From assembly GCF_032062105.1 (NCBI RefSeq), contig NW_026939565.1, positions 62,001-126,000 of the forward strand: DNA of 64,000 nucleotides. The letters run 5' to 3'. Origin of the DNA: Saccostrea cucullata (lineage: Eukaryota). Within the stretch, counting starts at the first letter, position 1. Each line of letters opens with the position of its first letter. Made by a program: the position numbers and the translations under genes. The notes below the pieces were generated by a model that saw nothing but the letters and a program-made list of their open reading frames with translations, was not told the origin of the DNA and ran no database searches. Of the stretch, positions 47,301-60,290 are shown piece after piece.

Positions 47301-50300
47301 AAAAAGGCACATATTAATATTATTGATTACAGACTCTTTGTTGTACCATTTGTTCATAAAATATACTGAAATTTCAATTCCACTGAGATGAGTAAATAGA
47401 TGTATTGTCAAAAGACATTAATTTTATGTAAAAAAAATTACAGGACTGTACATCACTTTTTATTCGCAAGAATTTTATTTTCGCATTATTACTTTCTAAG
47501 ATGTTGTTTAAAAATTAAAATCTAATGGCAAAACAGAAAGTGTCAACTTTAATATAAAGGACTGAGCATTATGCAACAACTTTCCAGTCATTGAATTTGA
47601 TTCATATTTTAAGCCAGATGCTATGGCATTCACAATTTTGAAAGAGAATCATAACTATTAACAGTTGCTTTTCAAAAAATGCTTTTCAACTAATCAGTAA
47701 TATTCAGCAATAATCAGTAGTGTCCCTACCACACATGAACCCCTGACCCTTAGGCCTAGCTCCACACATTGCACAATTTTTGTACAGGCATTATTGCTTT
47801 TCAAAAATATTTGATTAATACCAAGGAGCAGGTTTCAAACAATTCATTATATATTATATTTTCAGTATATACATACAGCCCCCCTCTATGGAACCCCTGA
47901 CCCTGGGGCCTTGAAATTCACAATTCTGGAAGATTATCATAACTATATAGGTTATATAGTTCATTCTGCTTAATACCCAGGAGCAAAGAAGAAATTTATC
48001 AAAGATTTCATGCATTTGCACTATATAATTAACACCAGAATCCCTGACTGGGGCCATAAAATTTATAATTTTTAAAGAGTGCTCATCATAACTACATAGG
48101 TAGTTCATCTGCTTAATACCCAGGAGCAAAGAAGAAATTTTTCAAAGATTTAATGTATTTTCACTATATAATCAAAAGAGCCCCGCCCTAACACCAGAAC
48201 TCCTGACCCTGGGGCCATAAAATTCATAATTTTGGTAGAGGCACTCTTGCTCATCATAACTATGCACGTAGTCGGTTTATTTAATACCTAGGAGCAGAGA
48301 AGAAGATTTTCAAAGAATTCAATCATGTATTTTCACTATATAATCAATAGAGCCCCACCCTAACACCAGAACCCCTGACCCTGGGGCCATAAAATTCACA
48401 AATTTGGTAGAGGCACTCTTTTTCATCATAACTATGCATTTACTTAGTTTATTTAATACCCAGGAGCAGAGAAGAAGATTTTCAAAGAATTCATGTATTT
48501 TCACTATATATCAATTTGACCCTGGGGCCATAAAATTCAAAATAGAGGCACTCTTGTTCATCATAACTATGTACTTAGTTAGTTTATTTAATATTTTTTT
48601 CATGTATTTTCACTATACATAACTAACACCAGAACCCCTGACCAGACAATTTTGGTAAAGGCACTCTTGCACATCATAACTATGCACTTAGTATTAAAGT
48701 TTATTTTATACCCAGGAGCAGAAAAGATTTTCAAGGAATTCATGTAGTTTCACTATATAATCAATAGAGCCCCGCCCTAACACCAGAAACCCTGACCCTG
48801 GGGCCATAAAATTCACAATTTTGGTAGAGGCACTCTTGCTCATCATAACTATGTACTTAGTTGGTTTATTTAATGCCCAGGAGCCAAAGAAATAATGCAT
48901 TTTCACTATATACTTATTTAGCCCCGCCCTAGCACTAGAACCCCTGACCCCAGGGTCATGAATTTCACAATTTTGGTAGAGGACTCGGTGCTGATTACAA
49001 TCATGCAAACAGTTTGACTGCTTGATGTCCAGGAGTAAAGAAGAAGATTTTTTAAGATTACATTAATTTTAGTGGTTTTCAGGGATCATGAAATTCACAA
49101 ACACCCATAGATGCTTTGTGCTAAATTTGGTTGAAATTGGTTCAGTGGTTGCAGAGAAGAAGCTGAAAATGTTCAAATGTTAACGCACAACGCACGACGA
49201 CGGACGAAAACAGATAGCAATAGGTCACCTGAGTTTACTCAGGTGACCTAAAAATTATGCTTAAATCGTCATTTGGCTTATGAGAATTATCCCATTGGTT
49301 CCAGACACCTGTATGGCAGTCAACCCTGCAAAATGGAGATTAATTATAAAATTATAATCAATACACAATACTTTATTTCATTACAGGTTGGCTTTTTCTA
49401 AACAGGATATGCAGCTGATGAATAAATCAGTCTAATGTAATGTCTCAAAATGCTTCTGAATCAAGCATGAAGTGATAGCTAAGCTGTTGAAAAATCTGTG
49501 TTTTTGTCACTGATACAGACCTGGAAAACAGTAAATCAAGTGACACAGCATAAATAAATGTATTTTACCAATTTCTTTGCATGTTAACTCTGCTGATTCA
49601 ATGCATATAAATAGTAATTTTTTTAACTGCTCAGACATTTTTATAAACAGCAAATGAAGATCACAAGAAGATCTTTCCTTGGACATGTTGGATGAAAACA
49701 ATTGAAATATTATACCGGTACACAGATTATTCATAATTCCTTTAAATTCTTTCGAATGTATTTGGGAAATTCCTGTAGAATGACTGAAAAACTGTTCAGG
49801 TCGAACACATTTTTCCTGTTTGTAAAATGAAATGACAATTGTTCTCTTGCCAAGTTACTGCCCATGTGGGGCTTAATATTCAAGATCAAACCTGATCCAT
49901 CAACTTTAGTCTGGATATTCATTTAGAAAAACATTTCATTTGAAAAATCCAAAAATTATTAATATTATGTATCCATATTTGCACCATTCTAAAGTATAAC
50001 AAATCTAATCATTATTTTCTATCCTCTTATTTTAGCTCTCTTAAGAATTGCAAATTGATGTGTTTACATGTAAAGGCTCGCTATGATGGGCTCTATCCTT
50101 ATAAAAAAAGAATATTTTCTGGTTTTTTTGGGATGACAAATCCCATTGTGTATCCTTTCTACCGGGGCTAGTGAATTTTTAGGGTTGGGCAAGTGAAATT
50201 TTAACTGACAAGTAAAAAGTCTCTCACTTGCACCGTGGTAAATTAAGTAAGATATTAACAAAATATAACATAATCAATTATCAAAACTAATATATCAATA

Positions 50301-53300
50301 TCTATGCCAATATTCTACGCCTATGTAGTATTTTTTATATATAAATCATATATAAAAATACATATAAAATTTAATGGTAGGGCAGGCAAAAATTCAGGTA
50401 GGGCAAGTGAATTTTGACCATGTACTTGCCCTTGGTCAAGTGCCTTAAAAATCTATTTGTCAGCCCCTGATTTTTACGAGGCATACACCTTGAATAATAA
50501 CTGAATTTATACTATTCCTATGAAAGTTTTGGAAGAATTTTCCTGTGCATTCAGGAGGAAAATAAGCTTCCTGAAGTGTTACCCTTGTTAAGGGGATCCT
50601 TCTGACAAACAGACATTGGCCAACATCTTATACTGTGTTCACTCTAACCAATCAACAGCAAATCCCCATCCTTTAGCATTATCTCAAGAATTAAAACCTT
50701 GGCAATGGTAATGATGATGGATTTTTATGCAGATAATTATTATTTCCAAGAAATATCTTTAATAAAACATCTGCACATTTTAGGGTATGATTACCTCATT
50801 TTAATTCAAATCATTTATAAGACCAGAAAGAGGTTTAAATGTGCCAGGCCCACCAGTCGATTTAATAACACTGTCAAACAGTAACAAATTAGGCATTATG
50901 ACCTGTGTGTACAAACATATTTCTCGATCTGTTCCTTTTCACTAAATCAAACAAAGTTTTTATAAAAATTTAAAACAGAATGAAATGAAATACAAGGTCA
51001 ATCACTCATACAAACAGAAATCAGTGACCTATAACACGTGGGAGAGAGTTGTCCTGCAACAAACCTATTGACCAAATTTGGTCACTCTGACACACTTTTA
51101 ATACACAATGTCATAACATTACGAAGCTTAGATCAAGAGATCAACCAAACTCAATGATAACAATACCACCTTGTCGGCCCATAGTACACTGGTGACCAAG
51201 CTAGTGGACATGTACTTAACCAATAAATCATGATAATTGACCTCTTTCTACTGTGAAATTTAACGGTGTTGCAATCTTAATGGTTTATAGTCACTCAAAG
51301 GTTGATGTCACATCATTTTTATCTTGAGCCAAATTTATCACAGCAACATCTGTAAGCTGACATAACCTAACTTTGGCAGCAACTATGAACTATCTCTGTC
51401 ATTTTGTTCTTGACTATTACCAGTAGATCAGAAGTACATGTACTTGCCACAGTGAGTTCATGTGTCATTGGACTGACTTCATTTGCTTTGCAGATAACAG
51501 CTGTGAAGAATTAGGGCCAACACTTTCTAGGTTAAGAATTTATGTCTGCTTGCAACTTCTTGCTGTTCTATTTCATGCTTGACTTCTTATTACTAGGATT
51601 ACAAATGGGATTCCCATATAAAATTTAGCTTCTGTTCATTCAGAAACAATAACTAGCGCTTTAAATTGAAGCATATATTCGTGTGCTATCTTGTGTAAGC
51701 ATTGATTATTTTATACTGTTGTATGTCTTCTCTCAAAAAGGAAGTTATAAATATGCCGCATTATGCAAATCCGTTTACTGAAATGTTTATACATGGCATC
51801 TCTTACAACCTATTGTTCCTACAACATAGAAGATTACTGCACTGTATAGGTGTTTCAACCATCTGCGTCACATACTGATTTTAAATCGCATTTGTCTGTG
51901 CCAGTTATGAACAATGACCCAGATAGCCTATCCTTCTTTTCACCCCACTGACCAAGATAAAAAAAACGGTAAACACTGCGTATTAAAATACTAAGCATAT
52001 ACTATGAATATGGGCCAAGATCTATTTTTGAAACATTTGGGTCACTGTTAAAACACTGCGCTAAAATCAATTTCAATTCCTAATGTTAATCAATTGAATG
52101 GAGTTTTGATCAGTGCACTAGCTTTTAAAACCTGTCTGGTTTGAGCACGTCTTCAAAGATCTTATCAGATGAAAAACCCTCGGTTGTCAGAAAACATTCA
52201 GAAAAATAAAAAAAATAACATGAACTTTTCAACCTATGAATATTATCTGTAGACAAAATAAAGACCATTAATGAAAAAACTGCATACAAATGAGTCTCTC
52301 AATGCAATCACAGCTAGCAGACAATTTTATTAGGCTATGCAAAACATCGAGATAAACATCTTCAAGTGCATTTGAGGACTAGCAAATCTTACAGCTGTGC
52401 TTTACAACTCACATTCCATTATGTCTGGTATGTGTATTCTCCTCATTTCTCCCGTAGTGAACACCTCATAATGATGAGTAGGGAAAAAAATTACAAACTT
52501 TGAAGCATTTTCACAGAACACTTTAAAAGAGTAATTTCAATTTTCCTCCTATCACTAGAATCAACTACAAGTTTTCTAAATGATGATTAACACATACTAC
52601 TCATCTTCATTACTGATAGATCACCCATAGGCCGAGAAAGAAGCCAGGTCACTGGGCATAGTTCTGTTTGATCTTTCCATGTTTACAGCACACTACTGTT
52701 TGCAGAACATGGAACATGGAGGAGGATACTTATTAGTTAGTATTGACCTTGGAGCAGAGAACGCCAACACTGCACATATACCTTGTATCACTTAACCAAA
52801 TTTTCTCTGCCAAATACAATACTGACGAAAGCCTTGTTACTGGGTAACACACGGCTTCTGCCATATTTAACCGACACGTGAATTCCGTGCTCAGAAAAAG
52901 CAAACTCAGGAATAAAAGTAGATGATCCGCGGGTACAGAAACGCAAAAGAATCACCAGTGTGTCATTGGACAAAAGTCGAATAAACCGTGATGAAGCTCA
53001 GAGCGACTCTGTCCCAAGTTCTCTCTATACTTTGGCATTTGAAGTTCAATAAACACACTTCAGCACAAAGGATCAATGACTCCGTGCATGTTTATCGAAC
53101 TCTCTCGATTGATATTGCAGACCTTGAGGGCAACAAACAATATCTTATCTGGTTTCTGAGGTACATTCAAAACAATATCATTTGGTGTTTTGTCATTTTT
53201 TCTCTCTCAGAAAAAGATGCTACACTCTTTCCTCTATTTTATATTACATTAAGAGGCCCATAGGCTACAACACTAACCTGAACTATCAAAATTTGGAGAA

Positions 53301-56300
53301 GAGAATTACAAAAACAAGAAACAGATCTTGTTTTCATTAACTTAATAAAAAAATGGCCAATTTTTAAATAAAAAATCAAATTAATTTTTCAATCTACTAA
53401 AACTATGGTGCCCAAAACAATATCAGGGTCACTTGGAAACATATTATGCCAAGACATAACTTCACAATATTCTTTTCAATTACTAGAGATATTTTTTAAT
53501 TTAATTTTAGAAATAATAAAAATTTCTACTAGTTTACAAATTTGCTGTTATTTCTAAAATCAAGGTAACATTTTCACTTGGTATTCCTACAATACACATA
53601 TTTTTAAATTACACTAATTTAAAATAATGAAGATTTTAATTCAAAATTGCATAGGATTTAAAAAAAAAAAAGTTCCTTATAGATTAAAAGAAGTTGGAAA
53701 AGAAATCCCATGATCAGAAAAAAAAAGAGAGAATAAACTGAGAAACAACAGCTACTAAAAAAATCAACAAATAAAATGGGCGTATTTCACTCAAGTACAT
53801 GTAATATGTTACCTTCAAAATTACTATTTAAAAAAAAACAAGACCAAAAAAAAATTTCTAGACATCCTAGAATAAAAGAATGCTTAAAATTTCTATTTAT
53901 TGGTATTTAATAAGCCTCAAAATTTTAATGTAAAAAAAATGATACTTGCCCTATCAAAAAAGTATTCAGTATGTCTTTATCATTAGAGAGACACAGCCCA
54001 TAGCCATGCAGCAGGGCAGAAGACCAAAGGCCGACAGCTGATAGAGAGAGAGGAAATTCTGTTATTGGTGGAGCTATCATTGAACCTATTCAAATACTGC
54101 CTGATAACGAATCTGTAACAACCAACAAACACACAAGTACATACAGTGCACCTCACATCATTTTATTTCACCTCAATCCAAATCAATCAAAAATTTTTCT
54201 AACGTTTCATTCACCGACTCTGAAATTCGAGTTCATTCAGTGACACCCCACCTACAGCCATACCGACCAGCATAAACACTCTGAATCAAATTAAATGTAA
54301 TCGATTTTTCTCCCTGCATTCATTGATTTTTTTTTTAAAAAGTTCTTCTTTTGTGTTATGTAATACAGGTCCCTGTCTGAGAGAAGACAAATATTGTCTA
54401 CCTTATACAACACTAAATCCCCAGGAACTATTCATTTTCTATACTTCTCAGACAAAATGTTGTACTGTCACCCACAGCACATTCATTTAGCCTGCAGACA
54501 CAGTGTATTATATCATCATATACCATCTCATATTAACAACAGCCCTTTAAATCTTTCAAATTCAAGAAAACCTACTCTGCACCTTTTATCTGCCATACAG
54601 AAATGGTATAAAAAATCTGAGTGGATTGCATCACGAACAAGGATGTTTAATCTCTAGAGAAGGCACAACAACAAACTATTAAAACATACATAATTAGACA
54701 AACTATATTTAATTTCCTCTTTCTACAACAGCTGGTCTGCCATGATTTCAGTCCCTAATGAGCACTTCTATCACAAGGAGGAGTTCTGTATCATTCTGAT
54801 AACATTGGTCTGTACATATGTTATATACATGTACTATACTTTGTATGCAGAACAAATCAGGATTCTGATCAAATTCTTCATTGAAGGGAAAAAACACAAA
54901 GATTAAACCAAAAGCAGCATGCTGATAATTAACATGACATCATTTCGTTTAAAAAAAAAACATCCTTTAGATTTCCAGGCAACATTACGTTTAAATGTCC
55001 CTCAAATGTAAAACCATCTATATTTCTTATCACTGCATGAGGACACCCCTCTCGGTTCACCAGCTTCTAGAATGTTCACTGTCATATGATCATCTTGCTT
55101 ATAATGTTTAGGAGATCAAAGACTTAATATTAAATCCATGCAAACTTTTGCATTGCTTGCAATTTTCACGCATTTAAGTACAAGTGCCAAACTTGCAGCA
55201 CATTATTAAATGAAAATATGTTATTTGGTTAATAATAATATATGTGCAACTTATATGAAATGCTTTCATGTCAGAGCTATTTTTACATGTGATGTGAAAA
55301 TATGAATGTCTTACTTCAACTTGGAGAGTACCTTTCTAATCATTTGATATAACATTTTAAAGCACAACAAGAATATGATATGTATTTTTAATACAAATTA
55401 CTGAATTTTTTTGTTTATCTACTTGATTGCCTTTGTCTACACATGTACCTTTCATGCCTCTCTGGGGGCCCTTAATTGGAAATAAAATATTGTCTATTTT
55501 TATTGCTGATTCAACTTAAAAAACTCTTCTCACCTAAAGATGATGGTGCTGTTGACACCCCCTCCATATTGCTTGTCACAATTCCATTCAGTGTAGAGGT
55601 TCCTGAAGGAAAAGAATGTTACCACATCAGCATCACATTTACCATGTCTACTGTGTGTGTCATAATGGAAGTATGTATCACAAAAACATCAATACATTTA
55701 CAAAGGTCACCAAGCATCAAAACAACGTACCTGAACTGTTCTCTGTAATGAATATTGATGACTAATACAGCTATAGATACACATGTATATATACCAAAAT
55801 AACTGAAAATATACACTACGTGCTATATGTGCTATAAGAGACAATGCTTTAAATCCTTAATGAGTGTGTAATTATGAATTAAAATATGTTTTTAATTTGT
55901 TTCTGTACTTTACTCTCTCTCCCAGTGGGATACAGATTCAATTCTGGATACATGTTTATCCTTATTCAATAAAATGTCAGCAAAATGCCATGATGTGCTT
56001 GTACACGACTGGTTCCAATACCATGGTCTATAATTACAACTTTATATATGTAAGATACCGTCTCCAATATTATTTTGTTATGCATGTACATGTAGAGTCA
56101 GATTTATATGTTCCTGTTTTAAATGTATTCCTATTTATATATAAAAATATTCATTCTCACACCTAGCATACACTGAAATACTTATCTCCTAAGCATTAAA
56201 TCGTCATGCAAAGTGATAAATTGCGAGACCAACTTAAATTTGTACAAGTCTATACAGTCTATACCAGCACAATAAAATAATGTCTAGTGTATTAGAGTCA

Positions 56301-58643
56301 TGTGATTCTTAATGAAAACATTATCATTCATCATGTCCTAATGTGTACCTTCCAGATTGCATGGTCTTCTTTAACTCATGTTTGTCAATGACAGTATCCT
56401 TTAAAATACAGATATATAGTCATAAATTATCCTCCGTTCTATCAATAAATCAATAATATTTGCCAGTGAAATGTGTAGAAATTAAAAAAATTTGATTTAT
56501 TTTAACACACATTGATCTATGCATTTACATTTTCACAGTGCACTTTTATATATAAAGCACTGATTAAATGCCAATAGACTTGTATGTCACTAACAGCTCT
56601 CTGCATTGGTACTAATTGTGCTGACTATATAAAGTCTGTCAGAACTGTCATACACACTAACAGTTCTGCTAAATATATATGAACATTGATTGATTGCATA
56701 AAATATTTCTTCCATTCTCCTCTTTAACCATTCCTAAAAAAAATAATGATACCCAGTTTCAAACATCTACAGTGCCATATAAATTTGCAACTAAAACATG
56801 CAATGCTTTTAATTAAAACCTGGGTATCCAATGACCAGTCATACAGTATGGTGAACCTTTAAGTAATATTGAGGTCACATGCCACAGGTGCAGAGTAACA
56901 ATTAATCTGACATGCTTGTCTTGGTGGGGGATTAGATAAGTTCACCGATATTCCTCCAGCCTTGCCCCTTTACTCACCTTTACCCCCCCCCCCTTTGGGG
57001 ACCCCTACTCACCTGAGACACGTGCCCCACTACTGGTCCCCAGTAAACCATTGAGTAAGTTGGACTGATTCCCTGGAAGGTCCATCTTCTCTTCTGAAAT
57101 TCAAAAGAGCTATACTCATTGGTGTTCAAATGTCAGAATGTACCGGTCAGTTCTGGTCCTGAATCACTAAATTTACCTACATAGCATTGGTCACCTACCT
57201 GAAGTAGCTTTATTTAGCTACCAATGCAAACATTATTTCTTTTGAATTATCATTTTTCTCAGCATGTACAGAAAATCACAATTTGGTGCAATGATAATTT
57301 TCAGCTTTAAACTCATCTGAAAACAATTCATGAAGAAATCACTCTTGAAAATGTGACTTTCTCTGCACATTGCAATCAAAGTTAGAATTGAGGCTATAAA
57401 CAACAGTTAATTTAGGATCAAACAGTTACTTCTTGAATGAAATGACAAAGAAAACCTGTGAGTTCTGGTTAACATGATAATGGATTGGCAATTATTCAAC
57501 ACAATTTGAAGTGATCATACTTTAATATCAACACCTCACCGAACAATGTGGTGGACAGTTACTCAAACAAATTGAAATACATGTACATCTTTTGCTCAAA
57601 AGTGTTCAAACACAGCAATGTTTGAACTATCTCTGCCTTAATGGATTGTATCTTTAAGACCCCTCTCTACACTGCACACTAAAGAGTTCTCTTTCTATGG
57701 TATTTTTCTGAGTTAGAGTGATCTGCCCTTAGATCTAAATTCTAAAAAATAGAAATTTACAGTATATTACTCAATTTGTAATTAATTCAAGTATTCTAAA
57801 AATCTTCACATTTTAAAATGCCAAGATAAATTAATTGAACATGTTATTTACATGTATTGTCTATATGGAAGTAAACAACAGTGATTTTTATTCACTGATA
57901 CTGTGTTGTCTTTGAATATTTTTCCCTAGGGTAAATGCCACGCACCATACAGTGAAAATTACCAGTAAATAAATATTAAAATAAGCTGAATATTAACTCT
58001 TTTATATAATATATTTTTCTCAATGTCCAAAAAAGATTTTGCACTGGTGTAGAGAGGGTCCTTAATATCCCTAGTATAAATATTAGAAAATATGTCTTAT
58101 TTCTCTTCATTCTTTGCTTACTTTGAAGCTCATTATTACCACCTAAGCTTTGCATCATATTTAGGCATCTTGTCATAATTAAGACTGAATGATACATAGC
58201 TCTCTGATTGGCTGAAATCCAACTGTCCAGAAATCATAATGCAAACTTCACCTGCCTATGACCTTCCAAGTGAACATTATATTGATTTTTAGATGAGGTC
58301 TCGTGACTCCATTAGGCCTCTATTATTTTAGAGTGACATCAAAAATTGCTTGTTCGAATATCATATGACATTTTAAAATCATATTTTAAAGGGGAAGTTT
58401 TGATAATTTATAGATGAATTTTTTGGCTATACACTGAACACATCCCTATCCAGTACTAACTTCATATTTCCAGACTGAGTCGGGAGAGGACATGCAAACA
58501 TTTTTTCTAAAGTTGGCCCAATGCAATTATATATAGTAATGAAGGGATATTTGAACAATTTTAAATTATTTTAAGCAACATATTAAGCAAAATATGGCCA
58601 ATGTTCAGGTAAGATTTCCAGAGTTACCTTTTTTGGCAGGCAT
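32366..58643 (-). CDS. NFAT5: NFAT5/TonEBP-like Rel-homology transcription factor (multi-exon)
   Basis: Phase-consistent exons: 58628-58643 (MPAKK), 57013-57093, 55534-55602, 46356-47271, 45829-46108 ([20 protein letters not shown]), 45271-45461 ([19 protein letters not shown]), 43855-44027 ([12 protein letters not shown]), 43466-43665 and 43029-43152 (IPT: [22 protein letters not shown]), 37830-37928, 36898-37721, 36251-36677, 35884/35902-36114 (Gln-rich), 32366-32424 (stop). The RHD/IPT identity is secure; the terminal exons are less certain. Confidence 0.9.
33391..34818 (+). CDS. nAChR-like non-alpha subunit, single-exon CDS (copy 4; vicinal CC absent), antisense within the predicted last NFAT5 intron
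   Basis: 475-aa intact ORF. The Cys-loop is retained; loop C reads AYISRKDPF instead of LYTCCEEPF. Confidence 0.94.
   Translation: MWSTLLWSICILFILTPLNVSSVNQNISLLYKTLFGGDYIPTLHPHCSENAMNVTIDVGLREIVELSEKNEAIKLKIWVRLIWNDCNFVWNASEFGGISEIGVPYDKLWIPDVTLFEGIDDIANMPDMKQYRALITNTGEIQYHFPTTVHMTCGMNISMFPYDHQLCTMTFGSWIHSNRYIEMFSKSDNGDLTSFVNHQEWIVVSLKAAKRINAYISRKDPFSSVSYKLEIKRKATFYIITMILPFFALTILSIAGFFLPSISGEKITFHMNILLAVTVFLLVIQDTLPSSSEFFPKIGIYFLITLLLTCLSCVMSAIVLHLFYHDFSGQQVPEWASLILIEKLGRLMGMKQHYLHPAQSHESSLKERSEELAERSSVIPTNKSKKNRKSIKSLYSQAFENSVYDNWEKGEVQGQDQKRTSFQETDKSASSEARKKLNEWEMLAYTLDRFFTVFYVFVTTINTIAFLIVMSENDN
38563..39216. mobile_element. MITE with 27-bp TIR (GG...CC ends) and 8-bp TSD AAAGCAAG; Merlin- or Mutator-like
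   Basis: TIR GGT(T/G)TGTTCCCGTTTTGCACACATTTG. TSD at 38555-38562 and 39217-39224. Internal tandem duplication with 83-bp period (38909-39068). Confidence 0.85.
39737..39948. mobile_element. Short TACTGTA...TACAGTA MITE rich in TCGCGA motifs
   Basis: TACTGTAGATCACTT / AAGTGATTTACAGTA termini. Related fragments at ~45594 and ~47444. Confidence 0.75.
39968..40791. mobile_element. hAT-type MITE (TAGGGCTGGG TIR, 8-bp TSD CTTTTTAC) containing nested hairpin cassette B
   Basis: TSD at 39960-39967 and 40792-40799. Subterminal ATATCGCAAT repeats. Confidence 0.88.
40251..40669. mobile_element. Hairpin cassette B: spacer bounded by 13-bp inverted repeats plus a 160-bp hairpin (40510-40669)
   Basis: ATATTTACATTTG (40251) / CAAATGTAAATAT (40498). 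Hairpin TAAGTAATAAGG...CCTTATTTCTTA with GCCCTTCGGGC tip. Confidence 0.75.
44757..45111. mobile_element. Hairpin cassette C: 156-bp hairpin (44757-44912) plus inverted-repeat-bounded spacer
   Basis: TAAGGAATGAAGC...GCTTCATTCCTTA with CCGCGAAGCGG tip. Spacer bounded by TATAATGTAATTT / AAATTAAATTATA and homologous (inverted) to 17288-17578. Confidence 0.78.
47720..49253 (+). repeat. ~165-170 bp satellite-like array inside a Helentron/HINE-type element
   Basis: About 8 diverged units (AACCCCTGACCCTGGGGCCATAAAATTCACAATTTTGGTAGAGGCAC), then GACG repeats and a 3' hairpin AGGTCACCTGAGT-TT-ACTCAGGTGACCT followed by an A-run. Confidence 0.85.
50130..50469. mobile_element. Decayed MITE (GGG.TGACAAAT / ATTTGTCAGCCCCTG ends, GGGCAAGTG motifs)
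   Basis: Partial terminal inverted repeat; no clean TSD. Confidence 0.4.
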
Positions 58644-60290
58644 TGTTGACACGTCTGAGATTCAGAAGAAGTGTCAGTCCAATACTTTTAGTTTCGACAA
58701 AATTCACGAATCTCACCAAGATAGCATGGATAAGGCAAAGATAATGTTAATGATGGTGCAAGGAAAATATGTGCAAAATATTAAATTTATACCTAAATCA
58801 CTTAGGTCTATAGTTTTAAAGATATTATGTTAGATATCATTAACAGACAGACAGACGGACACAGAGTTAGGTGATCCCTCAGTGTTAATGTGATTTTTGC
58901 CCTACATCATTTATTATTTTATATGTCATCAATAAATTGTTTGTGTTCAAGAGAACATATGCTTTATGTGTTTGTAACTTCAATACTTCATTCCCAGTAC
59001 TTAGTAAACCATAACGGTAATCAAATAACACATGGAGGTGGGGGAAGGACACTGTGATCCGCCACTTAATTAATGTTGTTACTATCGTTCCCACGTGATC
59101 GAATGATTAAAATAACTTTGAACTTTGCCTTTATCAGGTATCCACCGAAGATATCAAAACAGGTAAATGCGCACTCGTCAGATACATGTAAGTTGCAAAA
59201 ACCTTAATAATTTTTCAATATTTTCACTTCAGGTTATTGAATTTTTGTATACAGTTCCTATATTAATGCGCTAAGGGTGCAAAATGGCTCCGACAGCCAT
59301 CTTGAATTTTTTCAATGACTGAATATACATACCTTATTATATGTTTCGTCCTTATATTCCCTTGATGAACGTATTGATATATTAAAATTTATCTCTTTTT
59401 GCATAACTATGTCCACAGTTTCTTTATACATCACAGTCTTTAGCTATGTCACAATATTTTTAAGCCAAATAACACATTTCCCGTTTCCGAATTGCCCTTC
59501 TACTTCATGAATACATTAACCTGTTAACCCATAAGCTTCGCCAAGAAGGATTGTTATTTCTCTGCATTCTGATTGGTTGATTTTCCACAACAAATTACGT
59601 AATAATATATATTTATAGAGATGTGATTTAAGAATCAAAACATAATTAACATAAGAATGTATTTTACAAAAAAGTTTTGTCATTCCATGAATTATGATCA
59701 AATTTCTCGGGGTGGGCCCAAACGATCGATGGTTTAAAAAGAGATATCTTTAAAAAAAATAATAACAAACGAAAAATTTTGCTTTTTAATATTGGAAATT
59801 CGAAGTACCTTTATTTTATGTTTAAAAAAGAGTTATCAGCCCAGGAATCTATGTGTAGGCCTAGTATACAGGTTCCTGGCCAGTCGACAGATTTTTATAT
59901 GGGAGATGAAAAAAATCCTCAAGTTTTGAAAAATAATAAGGGGACGACCATTTGATTCTGAGCAGCTGAGGGGGGGGGGGCCTGGCAAATTTTTTTGAGA
60001 CGGATTATTTATTTTCATGCCTGTCAAGGACAGATTATTTATTTTCAAGATTATCGAGGACAGACTATTTATTTTCTTCTTTGTCTTACGGCACCTTGAT
60101 CGATTGATTCTAATAGCCAACATCGGAACTATTATTTCGTCTTTAATTCCGTCGCGGTTTTAATATTTAGTGTGTCTAACGAGATCTCGTTTTTGGCGTG
60201 AACTTGGGCAACATTTTGTAAACAAGGACGCGCTGCAGAACTTGTCATGTCTTATGATGTCAAATAACCGCGTCTTACCTGCAAATAACC

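Noticed and set aside
47854-49008. Several 60-100 aa ORFs and a regularly spaced repeat that could suggest a CRISPR-like array
   Set aside because: Whole units are repeated with no unique spacers, and the ORFs are translations of satellite monomers.
52780-53200. Possible alternative NFAT5 first exon (donor-like CAAG|GTATAT at ~52782)
   Set aside because: No in-frame coding link to the next exon and no promoter evidence; left unannotated.
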